In this document: in pieces, positions 27,116 through 42,464 of the stretch | Layout of the letters: each line of letters opens with the position of its first letter | Numbering within the stretch: the stretch's first letter is position 1 | Origin: Octopus vulgaris | Lineage: Eukaryota | Assembly (NCBI GenBank): GCA_951406725.2 | Contig: OX597826.1 | Span: 30,504,001 to 30,568,000, forward strand | Length of the DNA stretch: 64,000 bases | Direction of reading: 5' to 3' | The notes under the pieces: model-generated | Databases searched by the model: none | Told to the model about the DNA's origin: nothing | Seen by the model: only the letters and a program-made list of their open reading frames with translations | Translations under genes and position numbers: made by a program

Positions 27116-27813
27116 CACACATATACTTATATCATATATATGTATATATATGTGCATAGATGTATTGTATATACATGTGTGTGTGCACATATACATATAC
27201 AATTATATATACATATATATTTATAAGTATTTACATATATATGCATATATATATATGCATATGCATTTAAATATATATATATATATACACATACAGAGAA
27301 GGACTATACATATACATATATGTGTGTGTGTGTGTTCACGTGTGTGTGTGTGTGTGCGCGTGTGTGTGTATGTGTGTGTGTGTGCATTTATGTATGTATG
27401 TATGTATATATGTATGTTATGTATGTATGAGGCAATTATTTTTATCAGCACGACGTCGACTGTAGCCAGCAATTGAAAACGTTCGCTACAGACTCGAAAG
27501 GTTAAAGGTTATTATCTTCGAGTAACAATGGTAAACTGGAAGAAAATCGATTAATCAGGCGAGTGGATAGAATTTACGTAACAGGAAAATAAATGAAGAG
27601 TGGAATTTGGTAGAGAAATCTTCTACAAGACAGTTCAGAACTGTAGAATTCATTTGTATCTTGAATATTCTGTCGTAACATTCATCAGGCTGCAGTTAGC
27701 AAATGCCGTTTGTTTGTTTGTTTGTTTGTTTGTTTGTCTACGCATAAGAATCTGTGAAAAACAAACGTACCAAAATCAATGTTTTGAAAAGGAAGGAAAT
27801 GAGAGAAAAACTG

Positions 27814-27847
<34 letters not shown>

Positions 27848-27856
27848 TACATATAA

Positions 27857-27887
<31 letters not shown>

Positions 27888-27975
27888 ACGTCGGATGTAA
27901 TCAATTGAACCACACGCGTATTTATCGTTATGGTAAAATCTGGCGTGTGATTGAGTGGATTTCATCCAGATAGTC

Positions 27976-28051
27976 TTGGCTGACGAGCTACAAATGGATT
28001 TTTGTAAGTAATATTACATTTAATTCATTAATAGCGAAACAATTGTCCCAA
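27976..28051 (+). ncRNA. Type I hammerhead ribozyme, copy 1 (predicted GUC cleavage after 28047)
   Basis: ttgg-CTGACGA-GCTA...TAGC-GAAA-C AATT G-TC-ccaa; all core nucleotides intact. Confidence 0.82.
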
Positions 28052-28508
28052 AATAATCTGTATTTTTGTTATTTTTTATTTGCCCTGTCCGTGTGAGCTA
28101 ACAGTCGTACTGGCTTTCATGGGAAACATGTATTTTCGTGGTTGAAACCTTTTGGATTAACTGGTGCTAGAGTGAGCAATATAGTGACCACTCTCTTATA
28201 TTTATTTTGTAAAAATATTATAATATGTTATAAAATATTATAATAATCCAGGTTTCTCGTAGCACTAGGCCACTTGGTGTGGAATAAATATACTATTAAA
28301 TTAGTATCTAATTCTCTCACCCTTATTAATTAATTATAATTATGCTGCATTTATTTCTAAATGCTGTATTTGTTTTCCGTGAGAGTTTGGCGCGCTGTTG
28401 GTTGGGGCATTTGAATTATAACGTCGGATGTAATCAATTGAACCACACGCGTATTTATCGTTATGGTAAAATCTGGCGTGTGATTGAGTGGATTTCATCC
28501 AGATAGTC

Positions 28509-28584
28509 TTGGCTGACGAGCTACAAATGGATTTTTGTAAGTAATATTACATTTAATTCATTAATAGCGAAACAATTGTCCCAA
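28509..28584 (+). ncRNA. Type I hammerhead ribozyme, copy 2 (predicted cleavage after 28580)
   Basis: Same sequence as copy 1, 533 nt downstream. Confidence 0.82.
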
Positions 28585-28867
28585 AATAATCTGTATTTTT
28601 GTTATTTTTTATTTGCCCTGTCCGTGTGAGCTAACAGTCGTACTGGCTTTCATGGGAAACATGTATTTTCGTGGTTGAAACCTTTTGGATTAACTGGTGC
28701 TAGAGTGAGCAATATAGTGACCACTCTCTTATATTTATTTTGTAAAAATATTATAATATGTTATAAAATATTATAATAATCCAGGTTTCTCGTAGCACTA
28801 GGCCACTTGGTGTGGAATAAATATACTATTAAATTAGTATCTAATTCTCTCACCCTTATTAATTAAT

Positions 28868-28900
<33 letters not shown>

Positions 28901-29033
28901 ATATATATAGACATCTTTTGTCATACAAATATATACACATACGCGCGGGCAATTATATATAGATATACATACATGCATGCGCACACACAAATATACGTAT
29001 ATACATATATACATGCACGTGTATGCATAGATA

Positions 29034-29630
29034 AGTTTCTTTATTGGCCACACAGGGCTGCACACAGGTGGGACAAGTTACAAGGTAGAGCTTTTCTTTT
29101 GGGGGATGAAAAAAACAAAAAACAAAAGAAACAAAAAAAGGGGGGGCGTAGGTTTTCGATCAAGAGGGAAGAAAAGAACAAAAAATAAAATAAATAAAAG
29201 AAAAAAGAAAAAAGAAAAAGAAAAAAAGAAAAGGAAAAGGAACAAAAGAAAATAGAAATGAAAAAAGAAGAAAAAAGGGGAAAAAAAGGGGAAGAGGAAA
29301 AAAAACGATCAATAGGGATCGTGAATCACAGTGTTATGTAAAGGGGAAAGCAAGTAAGGTTTATCCGTGGGAAGAAAAGCCTACGAAAAAGACCACGGTA
29401 ACCTTGGTCAATATTGTTATATGTTACCACATTTGTTTGCAAGTGGGTAACCCTCTGTTTTCAATTTCTGGGTTCATAGGATTATGCTCAAGGTGGCTTC
29501 GTCATTCATACGTGCCATCCTTGCTACGTTCATTCATACGTGCCATCCTTGCTACGTTCACCCATCTTTTTTTAAAACATTCGTTAGACAAAACTTGCCT
29601 CTCTACTCTCACTTTCCTTTTCAAGTGGTA
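29034..29630 (-). mobile_element. 5'-truncated Tx1-clade LINE
   Basis: Same 3' end (cagccctgtgtggccaataaagaaa) and ORF2 tail as 54351-55419; 5' break abuts (GATA)n. Confidence 0.9.
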
Positions 29631-29652
29631 GATAGATAGATAGATAGATAGG

Positions 29653-29711
<59 letters not shown>

Positions 29712-29712
29712 G

Positions 29713-29752
<40 letters not shown>

Positions 29753-29806
29753 CTGAATGATTGATTGATTGATAGATAGATACATAGATTGATTGATTGA
29801 TTGATT

Positions 29807-29891
<85 letters not shown>

Positions 29892-29902
29892 GTTGATAGA
29901 TA

Positions 29903-30146
29903 AGTTTCTTTATTGGCCACACAGGGCTGCACACAGATGGGACAAGTTACAAGGTAGAGCTTTTCTTTTGGGGGATGAAGAAAACAAAAAACAAAAGAAA
30001 AAAAGGGTGGCGTAGGTTTTCGATCAAGAGGGATCGTAAAAGGGAAGAAAAGAACAAAAAAATAAATGAATAAATAAAATAAAAAATAAAAAAATAAAAA
30101 GAATAAAAAGAAAAAAAAAGAAAAGGAAAAGGAACAAAAGAAAAGA
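29903..30146 (-). mobile_element. 5'-truncated Tx1-clade LINE (3' UTR only)
   Basis: Same 3' terminus; (GATA)n on both sides. Confidence 0.9.
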
Positions 30147-30147
30147 G

Positions 30148-30229
<82 letters not shown>

Positions 30230-30531
30230 CTTTCTTTTATTAGCCACACAGGGCTGAACACAGAGGGGACAAATACAAATGCAGAGCTTTTCTTTTCGAG
30301 GGTGGAAAAAAAGAAAATAAATGTAAGATTGCGATCAAAAGGGATCGAGAGGAGGAAAAAAAAGGAAAAAAAGGAAATCGTGTATCACAGAAATAATGAT
30401 ATAAACATTGATATAACAAGATTGGCTTCATCCGTGGGAAGAAAAGCCTACAGAAAAGACCACGGGAACCTCAGTCAGGGAGGAAATAACCACATGAGAT
30501 CAAAATGCTCTCTTTCTTTCTTTTTTACGAT

Positions 30532-33500
30532 CTACAGGATCATGCTCAAAATGGTTTCGTTACTAGCACGCACCATCTTTGCAACATTCACCCATCTTTT
30601 TTGAATCTTTCGCGAGACAAAACTTCCCTCTCCATTCTCACCTTCCTTTTCAAGTGGTACTTGAAAAAGTTGATGAGCGATTGGCCAGAGAGGTAAGTGT
30701 TTGTCTCTAATCCTTTCGCTCGAGTCCACCACACACATTCTTTCACCATGGCCACCAGTACGATGAAAACTGCCTTGCCTTCCCGGTTGAGGGAAGGGGG
30801 CGGAGCAATTTTCACGATAGACTCGGCCGATAGGCGGATTCGTCCCACACGTGACAGCAGCCGTTCGGCATAAGCCCACAGGTCGGAAATGGTTGGACAT
30901 TGCACGAGTGCGTGCAGAACGGTTTCGTCGCTCTGACCGCATCTCGGGCAAGTCGGTCCAGTGTGTCTGGAACCGTGTCTGTAGAGCTTATCCTGAACAG
31001 GTAATGCTTCTCGATTGCACTGCCAGGCCAGGAATCTTTGGTGATTGTTCATAGGTCCCGGCCCGAATGTTGTCCTGTACAGGCGGGTCAGGTGTTCCTC
31101 GTCGACGCCCAGACTCTGCCCGAGTTCGTCGTCGCACCTCCCCTCCACTAATCCTCTATAGAATGCCTTTGTTGTGATGGAGTCGCACAAGTTCGATCCC
31201 GGACGGCAGAGTTGCTTGAGAGCAACGCGACACTCGCGGTGCCATTCGCCTAGCCTCGGTCTCTGCTTGATCCATGACTGTAGTTCGTCCAAGGAGACGA
31301 GCTGCGGGAAAGCGCGCCGCACAAAAGGCGACCACACCTGTTCACCGTTGTCTATGAAGCGCCGGAGATGTCGCAGTCTCAGCGCATGTCTGCGCATCAT
31401 CAACTACGGCATGCCCAGCCCTCCATTTAGCGGGTGTTGACAGCAAATGGATCGCCTAACCATCGGAACGTTTCCCTTCCACAAGAAGCGGAAGAGTATA
31501 CGTTCCAGTTTGGTGATGGTAGGGTCGGGACAAGGCACGACGGTCAGACGATACTCGATGACGGATGCGATGTACGCGTTCGCCACCTCCGCCCGACCTT
31601 TTAGGGATAGCTTTCTCTCAGTCCATTTCTGGGTGAGAGTAGCCACCCTAGTCGTTATCTCGCCCCAGTTCTTCTCCATTTGGAGGTCCGGACCGAACCA
31701 GACCCCGAGCAATTTAACCGGTCCGTCCGTCCAGCGTCCCACGATGGAGACGCTGTTGGACGGCATGGGCTTGCTTCTCCAGGTGCCGAGCCGCAAGCCC
31801 ACTGACTTTTCCCGGTTAATTTTTGCTCCCGTTACCGCTTCGTATTCTTTTAGTGTCTCGCCGACCAGCTCGATGTGCTCGTAGCTCGACACTATGACGG
31901 TGACGTCATCCGCGTATGCAGACACGCTCCTCCCGCATCCCAGCTCTCGTGGGATGCCCCTCAGCGTTGCCAGTTTCCGCAGTAGTGGCTCAAGAGTCAG
32001 TACATACAGCAGCGATGAGAGGGGGCATCCCTGACGAACCGAACGCATGATGTTAAAAGGTCTGGATAGATGACCATTTACGCGAACTACTGAGCGGATG
32101 CCGCTGTATAAGGCAGTGATCCAACCGCGGAAAACTGGACCGAAACCAGCCGCTTTAAGGACAGCCTCCAAGTAGTGATGGTCTACCCTATCGAAGGCTT
32201 TTGATTGATCCAAATTGATCAGCGCCCCACCCATGCCAGGATTTTTAACTACCCTGTCTATGATGTAGCGCATCAGATGGAGGTTGTCATGAATACTTCT
32301 ACCCGGCACGGCGCATGTTTGTGCCTTGTCGATTAGTTTCTTGATGACAAGCGCCAACCTCTCGGCTAACACATTGGCCAAAATTTTCAAATCTGCGTTG
32401 AGCAGAGTGATGGGCCTGAAATTATCTATGACGTCCCCCTTGTTTGGGTCTTTCTTAATCAGTGCCACTGCTCCTCGCTTTACAAAAGCAGGAATACTCC
32501 CGTTCTGCTGCCAGTTGCAGTAGACAGCTGCCAAGACGCCTCCAAACAAGTCTGGCATATGAAAATAAAGTTCGTAGGGCAGACCATCCAAGCCTGGTGA
32601 CTTGTCTCTCGCGCAGCCTACCATCGCATCCTGTACGTCCGCAGCTGTGATAGGCCTTTCACAAGACTCCACCTCTCTTGCTGAGAGTCGTGGCAAGGCA
32701 TGCAGGTAGGCACTAAAGTCCACTCTGCGTTCTGACCCACCACTTGTCCCAAACAGTTGGGTGAAGTGTTGTTGAAAAGCCCCACACATCCTTTTAGGCT
32801 CGAGCAATTCGCGCCCCTGTTCATCTATAAGAGACTTGATGGTGGCTCTGTTGCCTCGTTGCGTCTCCACCACTCGGGCCTCTTGGGCGGCTCCAACTCC
32901 TTCGTTCCTCAGAGCACGCATCCTAGCTCTGACAACGCCAATCTCGCCGCCAGCACGTTGGACGCGATGCCAGTTCTAAGTGCCTCTTCTAAAACCTTAA
33001 CTAATTCTCCCTCTATTCTATTTCGGTCTAATGCTAGGGCTCTACTGTATCTGACTGATTCTGCTTTAATTGCTTTTTTTAGGGCATACCACCATCTGTT
33101 GTTGATGATGGTACCCATCAAAGCTCTCTTAACTAATGTGCTGATCCGGTCCCTGTAAACCTGTCGTGCTGTAAAAGACGCGTTCAGTTTCCAGTAACCA
33201 GGACCCTGCCTATGTGTCTTATCTAAGTCAAGTGTACAAGTCACAAACTTGTGATCTGTGTAACTGACTATATGAAATGTGGACAACCTACACTATTTTT
33301 ATCTATTGTCCTACAGAATACTCTATCTAAGTATGATCTGGACGACCCGATGCGGTTACTCCATGTCCACATTGGCACATTCGGGTGGTCCAGTCGGTAC
33401 CTGTCAGACAGTTGGAAACGTCTGAGCAGGTCTTTGAGGCATTTGCATCCCCTTCTATTGCTATCTCTGCCCACGTAGTCTAGATGCGTGTCCAGGGTGG

Positions 33501-33930
33501 CATTCCAATCCCCCACTAAAAGTAAAGGACGAGACGTTCCCATGAAAGACTCTAGACGTCGAAAGAAATCTGGTCGGCCTGTTAAGGACGGAGCATAAAC
33601 TGCTATCAGTCGAAAAGCACACTCATTGCTGCCATCGACATCCAAAACGACCAGCCTACCCTCCGGGTCTAGGAAATTTGCTCTTACTTTGAGATCCAGA
33701 CTCTTCCGGATAAGCACCGCGGTGTCACTTCCGCCCATTCTCGGTAGACACGGAGAAAAATAAATGTTGAAATGTGTACCGAAAATGTGCTGGAGTGCCC
33801 GCAAGCTGTGGAGTCTGGTCTCACTGATGGCTATGATATTCAGATTTAGTGATTTGATGTCATTTAACAGGTAGCCTTGTTTCCAAGGCGACCCCAAACC
33901 ACGTACATTTATACTGCCTATTCTGAGCAT
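30532..33930 (-). pseudogene. Tx1 ORF2 (AP endonuclease, reverse transcriptase, C-terminal zinc finger), frameshifted
   Basis: APE motifs INVRG, ISET, VGDWN, SYLD, TDH; RT motifs KSPGLDG, NFRPITLLN, DQSKAFDRVDH, QGCPLS, YADD; CPRC..ET..H...C. Split over several track ORFs. Confidence 0.95.
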
Positions 33931-33996
33931 GTTCCGATAAAATTGTGTTTTACACACGAAAAGAAAGTGCAAAAAAGGAAAGAGAGAGAGAAAAGG

Positions 33997-36070
33997 TTAC
34001 TTGTTGTTCGAAAGTCCTGTGTCTTTCACCTCACGGTCTTCTTCTATGAGGCTTTTGTACAGTTTTTTCGATGAATACTTTTGAAATCTCCCTACTGCAT
34101 CAGGGTAAAGAGATTTCAGGATGCTGTATGTGTTCTGTGTTACGTGTATTATTTTAATGTGTTGTGGTGATGTTGTGTGTGGGTGGTTACTTGTTTTTAT
34201 GTCGTTTTCAGTTATGTTGGTGTTTGACCTAATGTGTTCCATTAGGTCGTGGTTGTTTGTGCGTTTATGGCTGTCAACATTGTTGGGGGGTTTGATGATG
34301 GTGTTTGTGTTGATGTGTTTGTTTTCTGTGGATGTTTTTGTTTCGGGAGTGGTGTATCTTCCTGCTTTGTTTGTTATTTTTTCTTTTCTTTTTTTTCCCC
34401 TTTTTCTTCTCCCCCCTGTGACTATTTGCCAATCTTCCGTGTCTTCTTCGTCTAATGACAAATCAGACGAATCAGAGCCTGGAAGAGGGAAAATATTGGG
34501 GTCTATTGTCGACTGTGTTGATTTTGTTGTTGGTGTTGGTTGGTGAGCGTTTGGTTGTGGTGCATGCGGTTTTGGAGGTGGGGTGTGGGTATTTTGTGTT
34601 TGAGTGATTGTAGATATTGTTGTGTTGTTTGGGGTCTCAATTTTGTGGGGATTTGGAGTTGTAATTGTTTCTTCATTTTCGCTGAGTGTCTTTTTGGCAG
34701 ATGTCCTTGGTTTGGGAGTTGGTTTATTCTTGGTTGTTGTTGTTGGTGATGTTGCTTCTGTTCTTGGTGCTGCAGTTGGTGTGGTTGTTTGGTTGGTGAG
34801 GTTTGTTCCTGCAAAACGTGGTGTGGGTAGTAAACCTGGTTTATTTGTTTTTTTCCGGCTGTTGTTGTTGTTGCTGTTGTTTTCTTGCGGCAGATTTGCA
34901 GTCTTTTTTTAGGTGTTGCTCACTGCCGCATATGTAGCAACGTGGTCTTCTGCCATCGACGACCACATACAACTTGTGGTCGTCTGATACACATATCTGG
35001 GTGGGTATTTTTTTTATGTCTTCTTGATTTATATGTCGAAGAAATTCTACTTTTTTCCCCACCCAGTTTTTATGCTCCGTGACCGTGGTTTCTAAAATAG
35101 TAAAATTTGTCATTTTTACACATAAGGCCTTTACAAGCCATAGATTATTAGCTATTTTGGGGACATTGTTTAAAGTGATCTTAGTCACTTTCTGTCACCG
35201 ATAGATTGGTGTAAGTTGGAGTTCATCTGAATGAAGAGTTAGCGTTGAGAAACGTCTAGCTAACTCTTCGGTGTGGAAAACCACTTGTATATGGGCGAAC
35301 TTGTTCCACCAGGTCACATAGTCTTTGTAGTTCCAGATGGGTTTCAAGCATTTTTCTATTTTGCTTGTGTTAGCCTTCTCTGGGCTTTTTGTTTTCTTAT
35401 TAATTATTTTATAAATAATTGTTCTTTTTTTCATCTTCCAATATTTCTTCTGGTATGTTTATCTTCGCTATACCATCTAATTCTGTTATTGTAATGTTCG
35501 TGTCCTGTATTTGTTGAGCCGTAAAATATATTGTTGTTTTTTTTCTTTAATCGCCTCAGCGAAATTTGTTGTTGTTTTGTTATTGTTGTTGCTGGTGGTG
35601 ATGTTGTTGTTGGCTGCAGTTTGTAAAATTGGTGTGTTTGGTTCGATTGTGCAAGTAGGAAGGGGTGGAAAATTATTTTCATAATTTATCCCTGTATTCG
35701 AGCAGCTTTTGTCAATTTGTTTGGTGGTTACAGTTTTTTGTTTATTCACTTCAGTTCTTGTTGTTGGAGTAAAACAGGTCTGAACGGAATTGTTGTTGTT
35801 GTTGTTTTTGTTGTTGGTGGTGGTGTCAGTGGCAGAAGAGACAGCCGAGGCAGCAGATATCGAAATGGTGTCGCAATTGTTGTTATTCTTGTTGTCATTG
35901 TTGTTGTTGTTGGTAGTTGAGGTAGTGGATGACGTGGTGGTGGTGGTGGTGGTGGTTTGAGTATTATCCATTTTACTGTCAGCGCGTTTGTCGATTGTAT
36001 TTTGCAAACTGGGAAAGTTTTCTTCAGAAAACATAGCAGAATATTTTTCCACTATAAGATTTCTTGACAT
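33997..36070 (-). pseudogene. Tx1 ORF1 (gag-like, CCHC zinc knuckle), frameshifted
   Basis: CYICGSEQHLKKDC (CX2CX4HX4C) in 34841-35188; low-complexity T/N/Q tracts; lies upstream of ORF2. Confidence 0.85.
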
Positions 36071-36494
36071 TATTATTTTTTTGTTTCAAGAGAAAAAATA
36101 AAAATAGATTGAAAATGCCCTTATGGGCGATTTCTATATTTAACACAGGCTCAAACGAAAGTTGGGCGTTTGGAAAGTCACAACACTACGACAATGTGGA
36201 ACGTAAACAATGGATACAAACGAGAAGAAAGAGAACAGCGTTCGTAATTTACTAGAAACGCTTCGCCGACATTATGTTAAAAAACAAGTTATTGCAGCCA
36301 AAATTGTGAAATATATTTGAGGCTGAAAATGCCCCTGGGGGCATAATCCCCTCCGGAAAACACACCCAGACGACAGCTGGGTGTCTTACACACTCCGTGT
36401 GCAAAATTTACAACGAAACTTTTCGAGAAACACAATAAAATAAGTAGTTAACTTACGAGCCGATCTGTCAACGAATACTATCAAAAGAGATAGA

Positions 36495-36599
<105 letters not shown>

Positions 36600-36871
36600 C
36601 TGTGTCGAGAGCTCTGCAATATTTTGGTAATTCATTTGCTTTATTCAAGTTACAAAAAACGCAGCCTTGTATTCAACAGAGAGGCCATCGTCTTGCACAA
36701 TGCGCAGCCACTTTTTCGACCAGTTCTTTGATCCCACGCTGATACCAATTCTTGTCCTTCGAGCAGAAGAACTCCTTCACCGAAGCCTCTGCTTCCTCTC
36801 GGTCGATGAATCGTCGCGAATAAGGCAAAGAAGTTGCCAAAATATTACAAAATACTTTTGGCTCAACACAG
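36600..36871 (-). mobile_element. Internally deleted mariner element (transposase C-terminus between imperfect TIRs)
   Basis: Minus RRFIDREEAEASVKEFFCSKDKNWYQRGIKELVEKWLRIVQDDG; ends ctgtgtcgag...gcaatattttgg / ccaaaatattac...ctcaacacag. Confidence 0.75.
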
Positions 36872-37789
36872 TTCTCTGTAATAGAAAAAGTCCAGAGACG
36901 ACGAAAAGGAGGGAAGTGAAGATAGTCTGGAGAAACGTCTATGTGTTATCATAAGGCCATGCTTGCATATGTATATAACGTAGCGGGTATTTTTGAATGT
37001 CTGTGTGTGTAAGTGTGTGTGTGTGTACATACATATTATTCTTATATAAGAATGTTGATAGTGACTTTGAAGTTTCGGCCAGCTAAGCCATCGTCGGACA
37101 ATGGCTAAACCGGTGAAAACTTCGAAGTCACTAATCAACATTCTTGGGATCGTGGTGGTTTTCGTCACAGTTTACAATTTTGTTCAAATTGTTTTAAAAT
37201 TTGGAATATGGATTAAGATTAATTTTCCTATAAATCGATAATTAACAAGTTAGCCTGTAAAATTTGCAAAATTTGGGTATTTTACATATCACCGTAGCGA
37301 AAAAATTTCTATTTCCATAGTAACCAAAGCAAAGAAGCACCACGTGTTGCATAGCTGATTGCGAAGAACTGTTTCCATTGTAAACAAAGATACTGCGCAT
37401 GCGCACAAGGAGGAGAATGAGATACGAGAAAAATAATTTGTTTTATAAAATACTAGTTTAATGCTTTGACATGCCGATGACCCCCTCTCCCCTGATGATG
37501 GAAGAGGAAGCGAACGTGCTGTTTTCTGATTGGCTGAAAATTCTGAAAATTATCAAACTTTGAATACCTCTAACATTCTAGCAAAATTTTTCTGGAATAA
37601 ATGAAAAACAAATTCGGATTCTGTGTCAAAAAGTACAAATGATACATAAGAAAATTTGTTTGAGGAAAACCAGAGAGATTCCATTTTTGCATAAGAATAA
37701 TAAATTTGTCCTCTACAAAAGTATAGAGTAATCCACCAGATTAATGTAAACTTATTTTTATAACTGAAAATAAAACAAACATACCCACA

Positions 37790-37945
37790 GGAGTGGCTGT
37801 GTAACGAGAAGCTTGCTTACCAACCAAATGGTTCCGGGTTCAATGCCACTTCGTAGCACCTTCGGCAAGTATCTTCTACTATAGCCTCGGGCCAACCAAA
37901 ATCTTGTTAGTGGATCTGTAGGCGGAAACTGAAAGAAGCTCGTTG
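37790..37945 (+). mobile_element. SINE family A head
   Basis: Similar to 6186-6340. Confidence 0.78.
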
Positions 37946-37946
37946 C

Positions 37947-38011
<65 letters not shown>

Positions 38012-38112
38012 TGTACATATATATACATATACATACATACATACATATATATAAATATATATATATTTATATATATATACATATATATATATTTATATAC
38101 ATATATATATAT

Positions 38113-38177
<65 letters not shown>

Positions 38178-38411
38178 TATAAGATATAAGTTAGAGATTA
38201 TGCAACCATCTAAGGAATAGATGTATCCGAGGGACTCTTGGTGTATTACCTCAGTATGTATGGTTCTCGTTATAAGGTATACGGTAATAGGTAATTTAAA
38301 GGTAAAACCGTGGTTTAATATATATAGAGACGATGAGAAATGGAGCAGCAATTAACAATGAGAAGCGGATCATTGGTGTTTTAAAGTCATTCTTTAATTA
38401 AATTAAGAGTA

Positions 38412-38490
38412 TTTTTACAGCTGTTTCTAATTATGAAAATGGGGCAAATTTGCATTTACCTCGTTACAATTGATAAATATCTTCAGAACG
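38412..38490 (-). ncRNA. Hammerhead ribozyme motif within a (TA)n-flanked segment (~38180-38785)
   Basis: Minus tt-CTGAAGA-ta...ta-GAAA-CAGCTG-TA-aa; palindromic stem III; stem I weak. Confidence 0.55.
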
Positions 38491-38785
38491 ATTATATGAC
38501 AAAGATAAAATAGAAGGAAAAATAGAAGGAAAAAATAGAAGAAAAAAAAGAAAAGTGTTCGTGAAAGCAATAGTCTTACATTTTAGTGACATACATAACT
38601 CAACGTGTCAGTAGGAGAATAAAAGAGAGGTTCATTAAATCCATAGTCCTAGATTTAGTGACTTTTATGTTTCCACGTGTCCGTAAGTTCCTATATTTGG
38701 TACTAATAGTGGTAATGGGGACACCAATGATCAACTTTTCATTCTCAATTATTGCTCCATTTCTTATCGTTTCTCTTTCTCTCTT

Positions 38786-38869
<84 letters not shown>

Positions 38870-38897
38870 TAGCGGTTGTAGTAACCGACTAAGGGAT

Positions 38898-39055
38898 GAA
38901 GAAGAAGAAGAAGAAGAAGAAGAAGAAGAAGAAAAAGAAAAAGAAGAAGAAAAAGAAGAAGAAGAAGAAGAAGAAGAAGAAGAAGAAGAAGAAGAAGAAG
39001 AAGAAGAAGAAGAAGAAGAAGAAGAAGAAGAAGAAGAAGAAGAAGAAGAAGAAGA
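38898..39055. repeat. (GAA)n tract, ~50 units
   Basis: Direct reading. Confidence 0.97.
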
Positions 39056-39235
39056 CACTAGGGAGGGCCTGAAAATTTTGGGTAGGGGTTAGTGTGCAAC
39101 CGGTACTTGTTTCATCGACCCCAGGAGGATGAAATGCAAGACGGACCTGGACAGAATTTTAACTCAGAATGTCAAGACGGATGAAATGCCGTGAAGCATT
39201 TTGTTTGATGTGCTAACAGTTCTGCCAGATCGCCG

Positions 39236-39237
<2 letters not shown>
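39056..39237 (-). mobile_element. SINE family B (diverged)
   Basis: Reverse complement of the family B consensus. Confidence 0.7.
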
Positions 39238-39318
<81 letters not shown>

Positions 39319-39324
39319 GTAATG

Positions 39325-39356
<32 letters not shown>

Positions 39357-39360
39357 GATG

Positions 39361-40740
<1,380 letters not shown>

Positions 40741-40757
40741 ATAATAATAATAATAAC

Positions 40758-40819
<62 letters not shown>

Positions 40820-40820
<1 letters not shown>

Positions 40821-41035
40821 CCTTTCTACAAAAGGCAACAGGCCTGAAATTTGGGGGAGGGGGGACTAGTCGATTACATCGACACCAGTGTTCAACTGGT
40901 ACTTATTTCATCGATTCCGAATGGATGAAAGGCAAAGTCGACCTCGTCGGAATTTGAACTCAGAACGTAACGGCAGACGAATTACCGCCAAACATTTCGT
41001 CCGGCGTGTTAACGATTCTGTCAGTTCGCCGCCTT
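40820..41035 (-). mobile_element. SINE family B
   Basis: Reverse complement of the family B consensus. Confidence 0.83.
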
Positions 41036-41125
41036 AATAATAATAATAATAATAATAATGGTGGTGGTGGTGGTGGCGGTGATGGTGGTGGTGTGGTGGT
41101 GCTGGTGGTGGTGGAGGTGGTTATA

Positions 41126-41176
<51 letters not shown>

Positions 41177-41179
<3 letters not shown>

Positions 41180-41640
41180 GATGGGCTACAGCAAATATTC
41201 TGCTCAATACCACAGATTTGATTGTCAGTTGTTTGACCGTAACCAGTTGAGCATGTCCCTCAGTGGCTGACGATATGTGCATCTCTGATCACGAGCAGAA
41301 GTAGTGGGGGAGCATCATAGCCATGTGTTGAGAGGGATTCTTTGGGGTTTGAATAATTCACCTCTGGAAACATGGGTGGTTCTTTCAACATCCTTAAACA
41401 ACCCTATTCAGGGACCTTTTGAGCGGGATGGGCTACTCAACCTGAAGAAAATTCTAACTGGGCCCCACCCGCAAGGTCATGTGCTGTTTATCTTGATATG
41501 AGATCACCATGTCGCGCACATATGGTTGTGATGCATGTGCCTGGTGTACCCTTATCAGACGGGTAGTCATGATGGGTATATTGGGCTTCGTATATTTTAC
41601 TCCAGTGTTACTTTGATGGCATGCACTGCTCTCTCACTCA
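41177..41640 (+). mobile_element. Non-coding interspersed element bounded by (TAA)n; overlapping 5' portion at 43311-43448
   Basis: gctacagcaaatattct(g/a)ctcaataccacagatttga is shared with 43410-43448; both copies abut (TAA)n. Confidence 0.65.
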
Positions 41641-41646
41641 ATAATA

Positions 41647-41748
<102 letters not shown>

Positions 41749-42117
41749 ATAATAATAATAATAATTGAAAGGAAATAACTCCTGCCGCTCAAATGCCTTT
41801 AGTTTTCCATAAAAACAGAAGTAAACCATGTATTATCCCAACTTTTGTGAATGTTTCTGATTCACTCAACCATTTGGTCGCATATCACTGCACTGATCAG
41901 CCATTTCTAGGCAAATAAATGCGCAGTAAAAATTTGGAAACCTGCCTACAGACGCCTGACATTGCTGAATGTTTGTTTCTTCCGTTGTCATCTTGCTGTG
42001 AGTGCGCATGTGTGTAACAATGTGTATGTTCGTCATCTTACTCGTAAATTATGCGACGGTCTGAGCATGTGCTTTTCTGTATGCATATCAACAGACATAT
42101 ACATTTACATGTGCATG

Positions 42118-42198
<81 letters not shown>

Positions 42199-42199
42199 G

Positions 42200-42243
<44 letters not shown>

Positions 42244-42433
42244 CATACATATATATATACACATATATGTGTGTATATTCACGCACACACACATGTGTGT
42301 GCGTATGTATTTATATGTGTGTAGAAATACGTAGATGCGTACAAGTATGTATACGTACTTTAAGGCAACTATGTGTGTATATATATGTGCGTGTGTGTAC
42401 ATATATATATATATATATACACATCTCTCTCTC

Positions 42434-42464
<31 letters not shown>

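Larger units (their letters stand above)
27884..28871 (+). mobile_element. ORF-less tandem element (533-bp period, ~1.85 units) with two hammerheads; retrozyme/PLE pseudo-LTR-like
   Basis: 27884-28338 is repeated at 28417-28871 (no difference seen by eye); flanked on both sides by (TA)n. Confidence 0.85.

Noticed and set aside
28385-28410. tggcgcgctg in the unique spacer as a tRNA primer-binding site (LTR-type retrozyme)
   Set aside because: The repeats lack TG...CA ends, no polypurine tract is evident and I cannot match a tRNA 3' end by eye.
38865-38880. tagggttagc as telomeric repeat
   Set aside because: Fewer than two units; not an interstitial telomere array.
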